Shown here one piece after another: positions 11,356-22,907 of a DNA stretch of 64,000 bases. Within the stretch, counting starts at the first letter, position 1; every line of letters starts with the position of its first letter. The translations under genes were made by a program, and so were the position numbers. The notes under the pieces are model-generated. The model did not search any database and was not told the DNA's origin. It saw nothing but the letters and a program-made list of their open reading frames with translations. The DNA is from Takakia lepidozioides (lineage: Eukaryota; Plantae; Bryophyta): the NCBI GenBank assembly GCA_030704615.1, contig CM060732.1:53320001-53384000 (forward strand). Reading direction: 5' to 3'.

Positions 11356-11722
11356 TTTAGAAGGTTTGCCCTGCACGTGGCCCGAGGAAGGGGGGGGGGG
11401 GCATGTAAGCCAAGGGAGGCTCATTCTCCCCTCACTTCCTCTCCACACAACTTCTGTGTGCGTAACATTTCATTATTCCACGACACGTAGTCACGTGGAG
11501 AAGGAGGCCATTGGTTGGGTGGGGGGTTTTTTTTTCCGCAATTTCTGTGAGGTCGTTGCAGAATGCTCCCATAGGCCCTTCTCTGGCTTCCAAGATCATT
11601 TTATTCTACAAAATTAGCTTTTATGAACTATTTTGACACCTACTTAAACTCGTTTAGGGTGAAGGGTTTAGAGTAACGTCTTATTAGTAAACCTCGTTTA
11701 GTGTTGTTCCGATTGTTGCATA

Positions 11723-12701
11723 ATGGCAGAGGGCCAGGACGATGAGCATCATGGAAGAGATGACCCCAATGAACATGGACCGCCCCCTAAGAAAATCAAA
11801 AAGTCAAGGCAAGACTTGAACTGGGAAGTATATGGTGACCGTAGCATACTAGCAGAAGAGGGCTGGGAGGATGTTCCGGAAAAGTTCAGGTGGCCGATGA
11901 CGAGATGGAAAAAATTCGTGAAATGGTACCACATCAATCGATTGTGGTCTTTGGATAGGCATGACGTGCAAACCCGAAACAATTACGCAGAGTTCAGGTC
12001 TTGCACGACTTGCATTTCCAACATAGGGCGAATGAGGTGCAATACACATTGTGGACATGCCTGCAAACAATGAAGGCACTGTTGTCTACAATGAGGATCG
12101 AACAAACGTCGTGGACATGGACGCGGAATTTGCGATGCCCGATCGCAGTATTGACCTCATCATTCACGAAATTACGGACGTCCTTGACCCTGTGGCCGAT
12201 GAAACCATGGTTGAGGAACAGCGAATTGCGGATGAGAGAAGGAGGAAAGGAAAAGAACCAGTACTGGAAACCGAGGAATGCTCGAGGGTCGCCATTCAAT
12301 CCGAGATGAATCCGATATTAGATTTCGACCGCGTTACAAATGAGCGGGACATTGCCATGGCAACTGCATGACGCTTGTCCAAAACGCTGGAGATTTGGGC
12401 ATGGGTCCCATTGAATGGCAATTGGGAGAATTGGGTACAATGAGCGACTCATTTGGCCTCCAGAGAAACACCGGTAGACCGGGCACTGTCATGCTTGCAA
12501 CGTGTCGCACGCATGTTGAACCGTAGCGTGGATAACATTTATGTCAATATGCAAAGGTATAACGATCTCCGCCGGATGTGGGACGGCCTCGTTGCCGATT
12601 TGCATGTAGCCCGAGTACTTGTTCTCGATCCACCTCCGCCACGTCGTGAGAGTGAAGAAGAAAGTCAACTTTCGTCGCGAAGTAGGCGGATGCAGGATTG
12701 A
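11723..12701 (+). pseudogene. Frameshifted ORF of unknown function (element cargo)
   Basis: Collinear fragments 11723, 12001, 12051 and 12453; NLS-like PPPKKIKK, Trp-rich block WPMTRWKKFVKWY, RRKGKEP. Confidence 0.5.
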
Positions 12702-13264
12702 TCACATGCCATTGGGCCCCTTATTGACCACGAGATCACGGTCACAAGCTCTAGCAATCGGCAATGCAAATCAGGCCACAGCATCAAATTCCTTGTCCTC
12801 GGACAGTGACAACTAGGCTTTTAATGACTGGCAGCGTAGTACATATACAATGTGCATTTTTGTTGTACCTTGAATATTGTTGGAAAACACAGTGATAGCA
12901 TTCCGTCATTTTTGTATATCACCAATTTTGTTAATACACAATGCACATGTGCGGCACCTGCCAATTTCAATTGCATGAGCAACGTTTTCTTCACATTTAC
13001 ACTCGTGTGATGGGGAAAAATTGGTTCACCCTGTAAACAAATTTACAATGGTGTCATATTTGGTCATGACGTGTATGTGGGTAATTGCAATGAACTCCGA
13101 AAGCTGGAGAACAAGGAAAATTGATGTAAACCAATAAGTTATAACGAGTTACGAATGGTCGTCTTCCAAACAAATTTCGTCTGGTCCCTGCATATTTCAT
13201 AATCATTTCGCAAAATCTATGATCTTTCTCCAAATATATCCACAAAGTTCTCAAAGCACAAAAT

Positions 13265-14858
13265 AATTTTGATTGATCTCATATTACACTGGGACGTATC
13301 AGAGGGTACATTAAACACACTGGCCAAGTTTCAAAGCGAACGAAAATCATTTGGATGGGCAACCATCTGTTGGCCCATTGAACGAATTTCGATTGATCTC
13401 ATATTACTCTGGGGCCTCTTACATGGTACATTGAACATAGTGGCCAAGTCTCAAATGGAACCAAAATCGAATCGATGGCCAACCATCCGTTGAGCCATCG
13501 AATGAATTTCAATTGATCTCATATTAGTCTTCATAGAGAGTTCTGCAATAGTGAGCGAAGAGAACACTTTTTTGGGGGGGGCATTTTTTATTGGTCCAAA
13601 TTTTGGCGGGGGAGTAGCGGTGGGATGCTTGAAGCCGCAAAACAAAATTGAGCCAAAAACAAAACCGATACGTGCCAGAAACCCCCAATGAAAAGCAGTG
13701 CAAACCTATTTATTGTCTTAAAATGAATTTAAATTAAATTAAATTATGGAATGGCTTTGAGGGGTAAGCGCGTCGATGGGGAGGCAAATGATTCATTCGG
13801 CTAATGTGACTCCGCACATGTGTCGCACACATGTTCCAGCACATGGGGGGCAAAAGAGGGGCTTCAACCACATCCGTTCAATGGGTGCAATAGTCGTGCA
13901 CGCATTGCAGGATTTCTTTTTCGCATTGAACAAAAACCAGATGACAAGTGAACGCCTCATTGGACAATCGAACGAATTTCAATTGATCTCGTATTACACT
14001 GGGACGTATTAGATGGTACATTGAACACACTGGCCAAGTCTCAAAGCAAACGAAAATCATTTGGATGGGCAACCATCCGTTGCCCCATTGAACGAATTTC
14101 GATTGATCTCATATTACTCTGGGGCCTCTTACCTAGCACATTGAACATAGTGGCCAAGTCTCAAAGTGAACTAAAATCATTTCGATGGCCAGCCATCCGT
14201 TGAGCCATCGAATGAATTTCGATTGATCTCATATTAGTCAGGGACCTGTGAGAGGGTGTCTTGAACGTACTGGCAAAGTTTGGAGGCAAACAAAAATGAT
14301 TTGGATGGGCAACCATCCATTCACCCGTTGAATGTATTCCGTTGGATCTGCTATTGCTTTGCGACCTGTTTGGACTGTGTTTCGCGTGCTCATGATTTTT
14401 TTTTTCATTCTAGTTTTGAATGGGGTGTGTAATGTAGCCATATGCAACGCGCGTGCCAAATTTGGGAGCGAACATAATTCATTTGGACCCAAAACCACGT
14501 TTTCTTCCCTGTTTTGCACTCCAAACTTGATTTGTGTTCAACTTCATGCACTTTTCATAGAGAGTTCTGCAATAGTGAGCAAAGAGAACACTTTTTTGGG
14601 GGGGCATTTTTTATTGGTCCAAATTTTGGCGGGGAAGTAGCGGTGGGATGCTTGAAGCCGCAAAACAAAATTGAGCCAAAAACAAAATCGATACGTGCCA
14701 GAAACCCCCAATGAAAAGCAGTGCAAACCTATTTATTGGCTTAAAATAAATTTAAATTCAATTAAATTATGGAATGGCTTGAGGGGTGAGCGCGTCGATG
14801 GGGAGGCAAATGATTTATTCGTCTAATGTGTCTCCACACATGTTCAAGCACATGGGGG
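13265..14858. repeat. 120-bp tandem repeats inside a duplicated module
   Basis: attgatctc anchor at 13271/13391/13511 and 13981/14101/14221; block of about 320 bp at 13531-13850 repeated at 14556-14858. Confidence 0.9.
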
Positions 14859-15094
14859 AGAGAGAGAGAGAGAGAGAGAAGACTTCGGCTGTGGCCGGCG
14901 TACCTAAGAGCCACTTCGCCTTGCGGCTACTGCCTTTTTTCAGGGGTGGGCCCTATGTAAAACCGGTGTCCAGGGGACACCAAGTAACCAGTAGGGGGGG
15001 GGTGGCATCCAGTAGAGGCGGTACCGCATGGCACCCAAGGGGGGCCCATGGGGGGCACCCCAAGGGTGCTCGTCAAGTAACCAACTATATGTAT

Positions 15095-15817
15095 CTATGA
15101 GGCATGAGCCGGGTTTGATTCGAGCTGTCGGTTGTTGGTGATGATAGCAGTGAGAGAGCGGAGGGCTGTGAGGTGTATGGCTTTGAAGCATTTATGGATG
15201 GAAATGATGGGGAGTTTAAAGTTATTGTGAAGTTCAGAGATGCTGGCATTGTGGATGTCCCCTCTGGTGCCGGCAATGATGACAGTGAGGGGGCCTGTGG
15301 TCCAACCTCTCCGGCGAATAGCAAGAATAAGTGGTGCATATTTTTGGTGTTTCTCTAGGATGGAGGAGCTGGGGTAGCGGTCATGGCAGAATGTGAATTC
15401 TAAGAAGTGTATGGTAATAGCGGGGGACGGGGCAGAGGGTGGTGGGGCGTTGATGGGGAGCCCCTGGACGACAAGGATATCCGGACAGAGGCGGGAAGGG
15501 CATGTGCATGATGTGTGAGGGCGGCATATACATGGGAGAAGCCACGTAGGTACCGTATGGTCTGGGGGCCGACCTTAGTAGGTGCCCGCATTGATGAGTG
15601 AGAACCATCGAGTTTTATTACGTCGTTGTAGGAGTTTGTGGATGTGCCATACGGCGTGGTTGTGTCGTGCAATACAAAGCACGTGAATGACTGGGTGGGG
15701 GCATTCGCTAAGAAGGTGGAGCCAGGTATCACATGTGGCATGGATGTGGGAGCATAGAGGGTAGTTTAGTGAGGGATATATGGTTGGCCAGAAGGTGTGT
15801 TTGCGATGGTGGCCCAT
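15095..15817 (-). pseudogene. CCHC knuckle + restriction-like endonuclease (RLE)
   Basis: PLC...DTWLHLLSEC...IARHNHAV, then past an in-frame TAA at 15575: RLCPDILVVQG...FLEFTFCHDRY...EKHQKYAPLI...IIAGTRGDIH, ending at TAG 15095. Confidence 0.85.
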
Positions 15818-15925
15818 GTACTGGGCGTATCGGAATTTAAGGGTTTGTTGTATTTGTGCGTCTGATGCAGCTTTGGTGTGCCAAAAGTGGTTGGAGAGTT
15901 TGTGGTGGAGTACATCGGAGAGGGT

Positions 15926-16558
15926 TCATTTTTGGATATGTAGTTTGGTATGGTTGAGAGAGGTAGAGGCCTGTTTATTGGCTTCTTTAGTCAGGGAAGT
16001 CAGGAGATTTCGGATGGGTCTAGACTCTGGGGGGCCAGGGATTGGGTGTATTAGCCAGAAGGGGTGAGTATGAGCGATGTGTATGGGGTCATCTGAGGGT
16101 TCAACTGGAGGTTGGGAGGCACCCAGTTGGGCGAGGAGGTCAGCCTCCTCGTTGCCGTGGATACCTATGTATGAACGAACTTTGAGAAAATGAAGAGGTT
16201 GATTGATGGACATGGCTAGGTTGATAATGGCGGTGATAAGGTTTCGGTTGGGGTGGTGGAGGTGGGAGGAGGGACAAGCCAAGTGGTTGCGAAGAATAAA
16301 GAGAGAATTTAGGCTATCCGTGAAGAGGTAGTATGGGGGTGGGAACGAGGTTAGTTGTGACAGAGCTTCAAAAATGGCCATAAGTTCGGCGCGGAGTATG
16401 GTCGCAGGGCCTGGGAGGCAATGAGCGGTTCCCTTGTTAGTAGCGGCATGGTAGATGCCATATCCGGCGCGGGAGCCAGATTGGGAGCCGTCTGTGTAAT
16501 GGGAATGGAGGGGGGGGGTATTTAGGGGAAGTGGCCCCAAGGTGAACCGGGGGGGCAT
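15926..16558 (-). CDS. RNase HI domain of the LINE
   Basis: YTDGS, RAELMAI, LFTDSLNSL, KVRSYIGIHGNEEADLLA (acidic DEDD residues intact). Confidence 0.92.
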   Translation of the reverse strand: MPPRFTLGPLPLNTPPLHSHYTDGSQSGSRAGYGIYHAATNKGTAHCLPGPATILRAELMAIFEALSQLTSFPPPYYLFTDSLNSLFILRNHLACPSSHLHHPNRNLITAIINLAMSINQPLHFLKVRSYIGIHGNEEADLLAQLGASQPPVEPSDDPIHIAHTHPFWLIHPIPGPPESRPIRNLLTSLTKEANKQASTSLNHTKLHIQK

Positions 16559-16699
16559 TGTGGGAGATAGTATGAGTGGGGCTGGGGCAGGGGGGCGCTA
16601 AGGTCCATGCTTTTAGCTTAGTGGGTGGTCTGGCGGTAGGGTTGCATGTTGGAGGAGGTGAGTATGGGGTGAGTAACATGCTATGGGTATCGGAAAGTA

Positions 16700-17190
16700 G
16701 ACGCGGAGAAATCGGTGGGTATGGGGGGGCATGAGGTAGCTTGGACAAGGAGAATTAGGGTCAGAGTAGTTTCTTTGTGGCGGAGGTATTTTGGGAATGG
16801 TGGGTTGTCTGTGTAGTGAAGATGGTTGGGTTCAATAGCGGCTAATGGTATCACTTCTGGGGGAAGTTGTAGAAGGGGGGTTTGATGGTCAGGTGAGTTT
16901 TGTTGTGTAAGAATGAGAATAGTGGAGGCGGAGGAAGAGGAGTGGGCGGCGAGGTGCGCCCATAGAAGAGCTTCATGCGTGAGGGGCCCGGGAGGTGGGT
17001 GCGCAAGGCCACCTCCTGACCAAGAGTGACGGGTAGCGGGGCCGAAGGCTCCGAATACACAGTCTCGGGGGTGCGGGCTGGCGTAAGAAGAAAGCTCAAG
17101 GGGGCATGTAAGTGGGTTGGAGTAGTAGGAGTGGGTAAGCTGGAATGTAGAGATGAGGAATTTGAGGATGTCAGAGGGTATAGTGCTATG
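16700..17190 (-). CDS. PCIF1/CAPAM-like (N6-adenine MTase-like) domain in the LINE, catalytic motif degenerate
   Basis: TIPSDILKFLISTFQLTHSYYSNPLTC...YASPHPRDCVFGAFG...WSGGGLAHPP resembles the PCIF1 pattern LP..VF..L...FGV..E.FASPLN...YCS.FPD.D..FGS.G...G...NPPF as recalled, not searched. Confidence 0.6.
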
Positions 17191-17665
17191 GGTATATGCT
17201 TGAGCTAGTTTGTCGGGGGTGTGGGGTTTTTTGGTGGGGGGTATCGCGTAAATATTGGTCAACAAGCCAGCAGACCTCAGTGGCGAAGTCTTGTTTTGGG
17301 GGCTGTAGGGAGGTGGCGTCAGTTGAGGAGGCATCATATCTGTCCCACAGCCAGGCAAGCCTGACATTGGAGATGGAGATGGAGCCGGTGAAGTGACCAT
17401 TAAGTGTGTAGATATGGGATGCCCGACGCCTAGGGCAGATAATGGGGGAGATTTGGTCAATATCTTTGTCGGGGTTGCATTCAGAGATATGTATATGTAT
17501 ATGTGGGGCGTTCAAGGGGGTACGGATGTATCGAGCGTCTATTGGTTGGATTTGAGATACATGATGTTGGTGGATGTACGTTAGGTAATTGGTGTTAGTT
17601 GTTTTGTAGAAGGTGATAAGGAGGCGACGGTTGTGAGTAGGGTCGCAATCATCATGGGTTCCAAA

Positions 17666-17806
17666 GAGGTTGTCTTTGATCTGCCAAGTGTTCTCAGATG
17701 CAGGGAAACCCGCCCATTTACATTGGTAAAATGTGTCAAAACAAGTGGCGCCATGTACGTCGAGGGAGGTTTGAGTCTTGATGCCAAGAATAGCTTCAAT
17801 GACGAA
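17666..17806 (-). CDS. Chromodomain within the LINE polyprotein (not in ORF track)
   Basis: Manual translation in frame with ORF 17186..17515: FVIEAILGIK...FYQCKWAGFPASENTWQIKDNL. Confidence 0.8.
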
Positions 17807-18523
17807 GGCCTCGGGGTGGTCGGGGTTGGATAGGCAAGGGGAAGGAGGTGGGGTGGGGGGGTTTAGAGGGTAGGGGGAAAGTTGCTCAAGGCAATTAACG
17901 GGGCTGGGGAGAAGCGGGGGGGGGGGGGGGGGGAGTTGGGGAGAGGGTGTTCCAGAGTGATATGGGAGGTCATGAGCTGTTGTAATATGGAGGGGGCTGG
18001 GGCTGTTCTGAAATTTGGGAGGAGGTCTTGCTTATGATGGGGGAAGAGTGGGCATGGTAGGTCACAGTCAAGGGTGCACAAGGCGGTCTGGTGGCAAAAT
18101 AAAGATCGGAGATGAAGCAGGTATGTGCATGTTTTGATGGTAGCACGAGAATGTTTCAGGGTAAATTGGTGTGGGATAAGTAGCCGGTTCCCCGTGGCAG
18201 TGGTGAGTTGGGTGAGAGTGGTAATATGGCGTGCTTTAAAGTAGGCAAGGACAAGTTTCCTTTCACAGGGGTGGTTGGTTTCGAATTGTGTGAAGACTGG
18301 GCTGCTGAGCCATGCCCGTTCAAGTTGAGATATGGAGTTGGGGTATCCGGGAAGGTCGGTTTGAATGCTGATTTTCAATTGGCTTAGGATAAATAGCGTA
18401 CAGGTGGTGGGGGAATGGAGGCAAGATTGTGGGTGGAGGGTAGGGAGGGAATATAATCCATTATATTTATACTCTATGTGTTTAAGGAGACCTCGAAAGA
18501 TTAGACCGAGACGGACTGGGTCG

Positions 18524-20302
18524 TTAAGAGCCTCGATAAGTTGTGAGCCAAGGGTGCGGGCATATGAGATGATCAGGGGGGCTAGAACCAATCCCAAAAC
18601 TGTCTTGTGGAAGTTGGGTAAGAACGTTAGGGGTGCTGGTGGGAAGGCCACAAATGCATTTGGTGAGTTGGATAATATTGGCGTCGAGTAGTTTGATATC
18701 CGGTATAGAGAAGGGGGCCGCGTGAAAGGCGTATTGGATTTGAGGGTTGAGAACTCTTTGGATGATAGTTAGTTTAGGGTGGATGGAGATGGGGGCAATG
18801 AGTAGAGCTAAACTCTTGTTGGTTAGTTTGGAAAGAGTGGTGTTCCTTTGTATATGCCAGGTTAGTGATGGAACCAATTGTATGCCTAGATAGGTGTAGG
18901 GTTCATCCGGGCCCAAAAAGGGGAAAGATTTTTGTTGATAGTGTAGATGGAGCATGCAGTGGGAAGCTATCGTGGATTTTGTGAGCTTACTGCCGTGGGT
19001 AGCGGCGGTGACCGCACATTTATTGAGGCTTAGTTCCATACCAGACCATTGATTAAAGCGGGATAATTTGTCCGCCTGTCGGTTGAGGTGCTGAGGCTTG
19101 TGTGCGAGAATAGCGAGGTCGCCCGCATATGCTGCCGCTGAGATTTCATTGGGGGAGGTTTTGTAGTGGTAGCCTAAGTTGCCTCGGGCAAACCAGCGTA
19201 GGAGAGGTTCTAGAAAGATGATGAATAGGTAGGGGCTCAGAGTGTCCCCTTGGATGGTACCACGAAGGATGGGAATAGGGGGGGTGGTGCCATAGTAAGA
19301 ACCTGTGTATTCAGTGGTGTTGTTGGTGTAAATGTTCCCGATGAGTTTTATGGCATCTATAGGGTAACCCAGGTCTGCCATGATGGCGAGTAGACGGGGG
19401 TGGTCGATGGAGCCAAAGGCGTTCTTAAAGTCAATGTAGAGGAGGTAGATATCTTGTTTCGTGAGTTTAGCGTCTTCTAGGGCAGATAAGACATATTGGA
19501 TTTGCCTGGTGGTGCTACGTGTTGCGCGGAAGCCTTCCTGGGGGTCGCTTAGGATACGGTGTTGTTCGCCATAGGAAGATAGCATCGTGGTAAGGGTGCT
19601 AGTGAATAGTTTGTAGATAGTGTTTGCAAGGGCAATGGGTCTGTAATTACTAAGGTTGGTGGGGTCGCCTTTTTTAAATAGTAGAATGGTTCGGCTATGC
19701 TTCCAGGATTGTGGGATACGTTGGAGTTGGTAGCAGAGTCGGAAGAATTTGAAGAGCAGAGCATGAAATTGGGGGTCAAGTGACTGTAGAATGGCATTAG
19801 GGATGAGATCTGGGCCGGGGCCCTTTGCTTTAGGAAGAGCTTTTACACACGAGTCATATAGGCCAATTGTGAAGAGGTCAAGGAGGCGGTCCGTGGGGGA
19901 GCCACGTGAGTCCAGAGAAAAGCCGTCAAGATCGTGCCAGGGGTAATGTTTGACTTTACACATGCAGTTGGGTAAGTGATGTCTAGGATGTAGACAGTTG
20001 TCTACAGTGGGTGTATAGGAAGAAGAGGCTTGGAGCCAGATTTCGGTGTTGATATCGACAGGTTTGGTTAGTAGGTGCCCAAGTCTGTGTTTGAGGCAAT
20101 CGATGGGCGGGTTGAAGATAGCTTTGTGGGCCCGTTTAGGGTGGTCATGTAGTAGTTGGCCAAAGGTGGCGACAATTTTTTTGTGGTTGGCGGAGGCTTT
20201 TTGCTTAATGATAAGGTAAGCAACTCTTTTTGCTTCCCGGCCAAGCTTGGAGAGGGAGGCGAGCCATTGAGGGAGGGAGGGGTCATCCGCAGGAGGGGGC
20301 AT
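18524..20302 (-). pseudogene. LINE reverse transcriptase (catalytic YADD changed to YAGD)
   Basis: KGPGPDLIP, NYRPIAL, QEGFR, IDFKNAFGSI, GTIQGDTLSPYLF, AYAGDL, YTYLGI. Confidence 0.92.
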
Positions 20303-20933
20303 AATTGGTTGACATATGGGAAGGGTGTTTAAACAAGTGATGCGTGGGTCCGTCCTCTAGTTATTAAATAAGGGGGCCGGGGGGGGGGGGGGGGGGGGGG
20401 GTGTCGCGCGGCTTTTACTCACCCATCCCTTCGCTATCCGAGGCGGAAACTCCAAGATAGAAGAGTTGGAAATCTCTAAGTACTCAGCCGCGCAGAACAA
20501 TCAGTCATGACCTACAGCTAGTGTATCATGGGGGTGTTTCCTATTTGTTTCCCTTTCCGCATTCATCTTAGCTACCTTACCATTGATAATTAAGTATCAG
20601 TTTGCTTCATCAATCTATCGGTTTCCTTCACTCATCCATTCAATCCACAGCTTCTCTCAGATCTCTCTACACAATGTGATTGTATCGTATAAGTATCAGA
20701 TTATGATTTATCAGGTATTAGGCCGAAGCCATTATGTCTCTAATCTGCTCTCCAATATCACTACAGCTTTGCATATAACAAGCATCTACTAATCCTCTTT
20801 TCTCCTTCATCGTGCTCTCCATCTCTTGCCTCCGATCTCCGCTCCAGCCTGACTCCGAAGTCCTCCTCCGAATAATGATGATCCCCCTTCATTCCCCGTT
20901 TCTCCCTTTATCCTCCTATCCGCGGTTCTAACC

Positions 20934-21433
20934 NNNNNNNNNNNNNNNNNNNNNNNNNNNNNNNNNNNNNNNNNNNNNNNNNNNNNNNNNNNNNNNNNNN
21001 NNNNNNNNNNNNNNNNNNNNNNNNNNNNNNNNNNNNNNNNNNNNNNNNNNNNNNNNNNNNNNNNNNNNNNNNNNNNNNNNNNNNNNNNNNNNNNNNNNNN
21101 NNNNNNNNNNNNNNNNNNNNNNNNNNNNNNNNNNNNNNNNNNNNNNNNNNNNNNNNNNNNNNNNNNNNNNNNNNNNNNNNNNNNNNNNNNNNNNNNNNNN
21201 NNNNNNNNNNNNNNNNNNNNNNNNNNNNNNNNNNNNNNNNNNNNNNNNNNNNNNNNNNNNNNNNNNNNNNNNNNNNNNNNNNNNNNNNNNNNNNNNNNNN
21301 NNNNNNNNNNNNNNNNNNNNNNNNNNNNNNNNNNNNNNNNNNNNNNNNNNNNNNNNNNNNNNNNNNNNNNNNNNNNNNNNNNNNNNNNNNNNNNNNNNNN
21401 NNNNNNNNNNNNNNNNNNNNNNNNNNNNNNNNN
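20934..21433. other. Assembly gap (500 N)
   Basis: Run of N. Confidence 1.
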
Positions 21434-22495
21434 CCGGCGCCGAATATCCATACGGCACTGATCCGACTTACCCTGCTGGATGGAAATTCGGCGCCGATTT
21501 CATTTATTCGGATTCGACTTACCTGCTGGATGGAAATTCGGCGCCGCCGAATTTTCCATTCATCCGTGATTCGAATTACCTGCATGATGGAAATCCGGCG
21601 CCGAATCTCCATCCAGCAGGGATTCGAATTACCTGCTGGATGGAAATTCGGCGCCGAATCTCCATCATGCCGAGGTTCCACTTACCTGCTGGATGGAATT
21701 CGGCGCCGAATTTCCATTCGTCGGATTCGAATTACCTGCAGGATGGAAATTCGGGCGCCGAATCTCCATCCATACTCCGAGAATTCCACTTACCTGCTGG
21801 ATGGAAATTCGGCGCCGAATCTCCATCCGGGGGATGGTCTCTGTCGAGAGGTGCCGCCTCTCCGCCGCTCTGTTGGATTATTCGGTGCCGAATATTTCCG
21901 CCCCGGGGGTTGAAATATGACTGCCAAGTTCCGACCTCTCCCCCCTCCCCGACTGCATTGGAACGCGGCCCGAATTGAAATTCGGCGCCGTTTTCCCATC
22001 TGTGGGAGGTTTTTTATGTCGGCCCCGGTTTTCGCTCGCACCCCCTCGACCCCCACAACACTTCCTTTGGGGGGGCCGGATGAGAATTCGCGCGCCGAAT
22101 GTCCGTCCAGGGGATGTTCTCTGTCGCACACTGGCCGGCCTCTGTGCCCCAGGCGACTTCATCCGGGCGTCCCCTGTTCGATATTCGTTGCGAATTTCCG
22201 TCCGGGGTTGAAATGTGACAGCCAACTGCAGGCCACTCCCCCCTCCCCGACTGCATCCGAATCGCCCCGGATGGAAATTCGGCGCCGTTTTTTCCATGTG
22301 GGGATGTTTTTATGCCGTCCAGTTTTCGGCCTGACCCCCTGAACACGACTCCCTTTGGGGGGACCGGATGGAAATTCGGCGCCGAATCTCCATCCAGGGG
22401 ATGTGTCTCTCTCTGTCGCACACACTCCGGCCTCTGCGCCGAGGCGACTTCATCCGGGCTTCCTCATTGTTGGATGTTGGGTGCCGAATTTCCAT
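21434..22495. repeat. Irregular repeats of about 50 bp (ttacctgctggatggaaattcggcgccgaat) plus a duplication with about 300-bp period
   Basis: Direct reading; 21901 and 22201 blocks are homologous. Confidence 0.9.
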
Positions 22496-22907
22496 TCGGG
22501 GGTAGTAATGTGACGGCACAGCGTTGCCGGCTTATCCCCTTCAAGCCGTTCATCATCCGGACGGGCCCCCCACACTTTTCTGACTGCATATACCGTTGGC
22601 AGTTATTGCGCAAAGACGAGGGGCGCATTCCGGAGACAAGCGTTCATGATAACACAATCTGACTGTGGATTTTTTTGAGAGATAGTTGGCTCCCTGGATT
22701 TGGATCAGGCTTCGTCGCTATCGGACAAATCGGGCATCGCATTCATTCCATCGCTGCACCCCCTTCTACCAGGGAGCGTTCCCCGCACGCCATCCTGGCA
22801 GTCTTGTGTGCACATCTCCATGGCGGAAAACCCGAGCGCTACAGCTGTACTGCCCTCCTCACGAGCATAGAGCTTCATTTCCGTGCAGAGGGGACACCTG
22901 CCGGGTG

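Larger units (their letters stand above)
14858..20350 (-). mobile_element. 5'-truncated Dualen/RandI-like non-LTR retrotransposon (RT-chromo-MTase-like-RNaseH-CCHC-RLE) with (TC)n tail
   Basis: Collinear minus-strand domains; 3' UTR ends in (TC)11 at 14858-14879; several stops and frameshifts. Confidence 0.85.

Noticed and set aside
14915-14950. Hammerhead ribozyme core in the LINE 3' UTR (CTGAAAAAAGGCAGTAGCCGCAA on the minus strand)
   Set aside because: Deviates from CUGANGA...GAAA at conserved positions, and no convincing stems I/III
20303-20400. Target-site duplication of the LINE
   Set aside because: The expected continuation of the interrupted block is not found at the 5' end
20372-20933. 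G-run followed by TGTCGCG as PPT plus LTR
   Set aside because: No second copy or adjacent pol; contig end of doubtful quality
20807-21681. Long ORFs in the track
   Set aside because: Artefacts of the N gap
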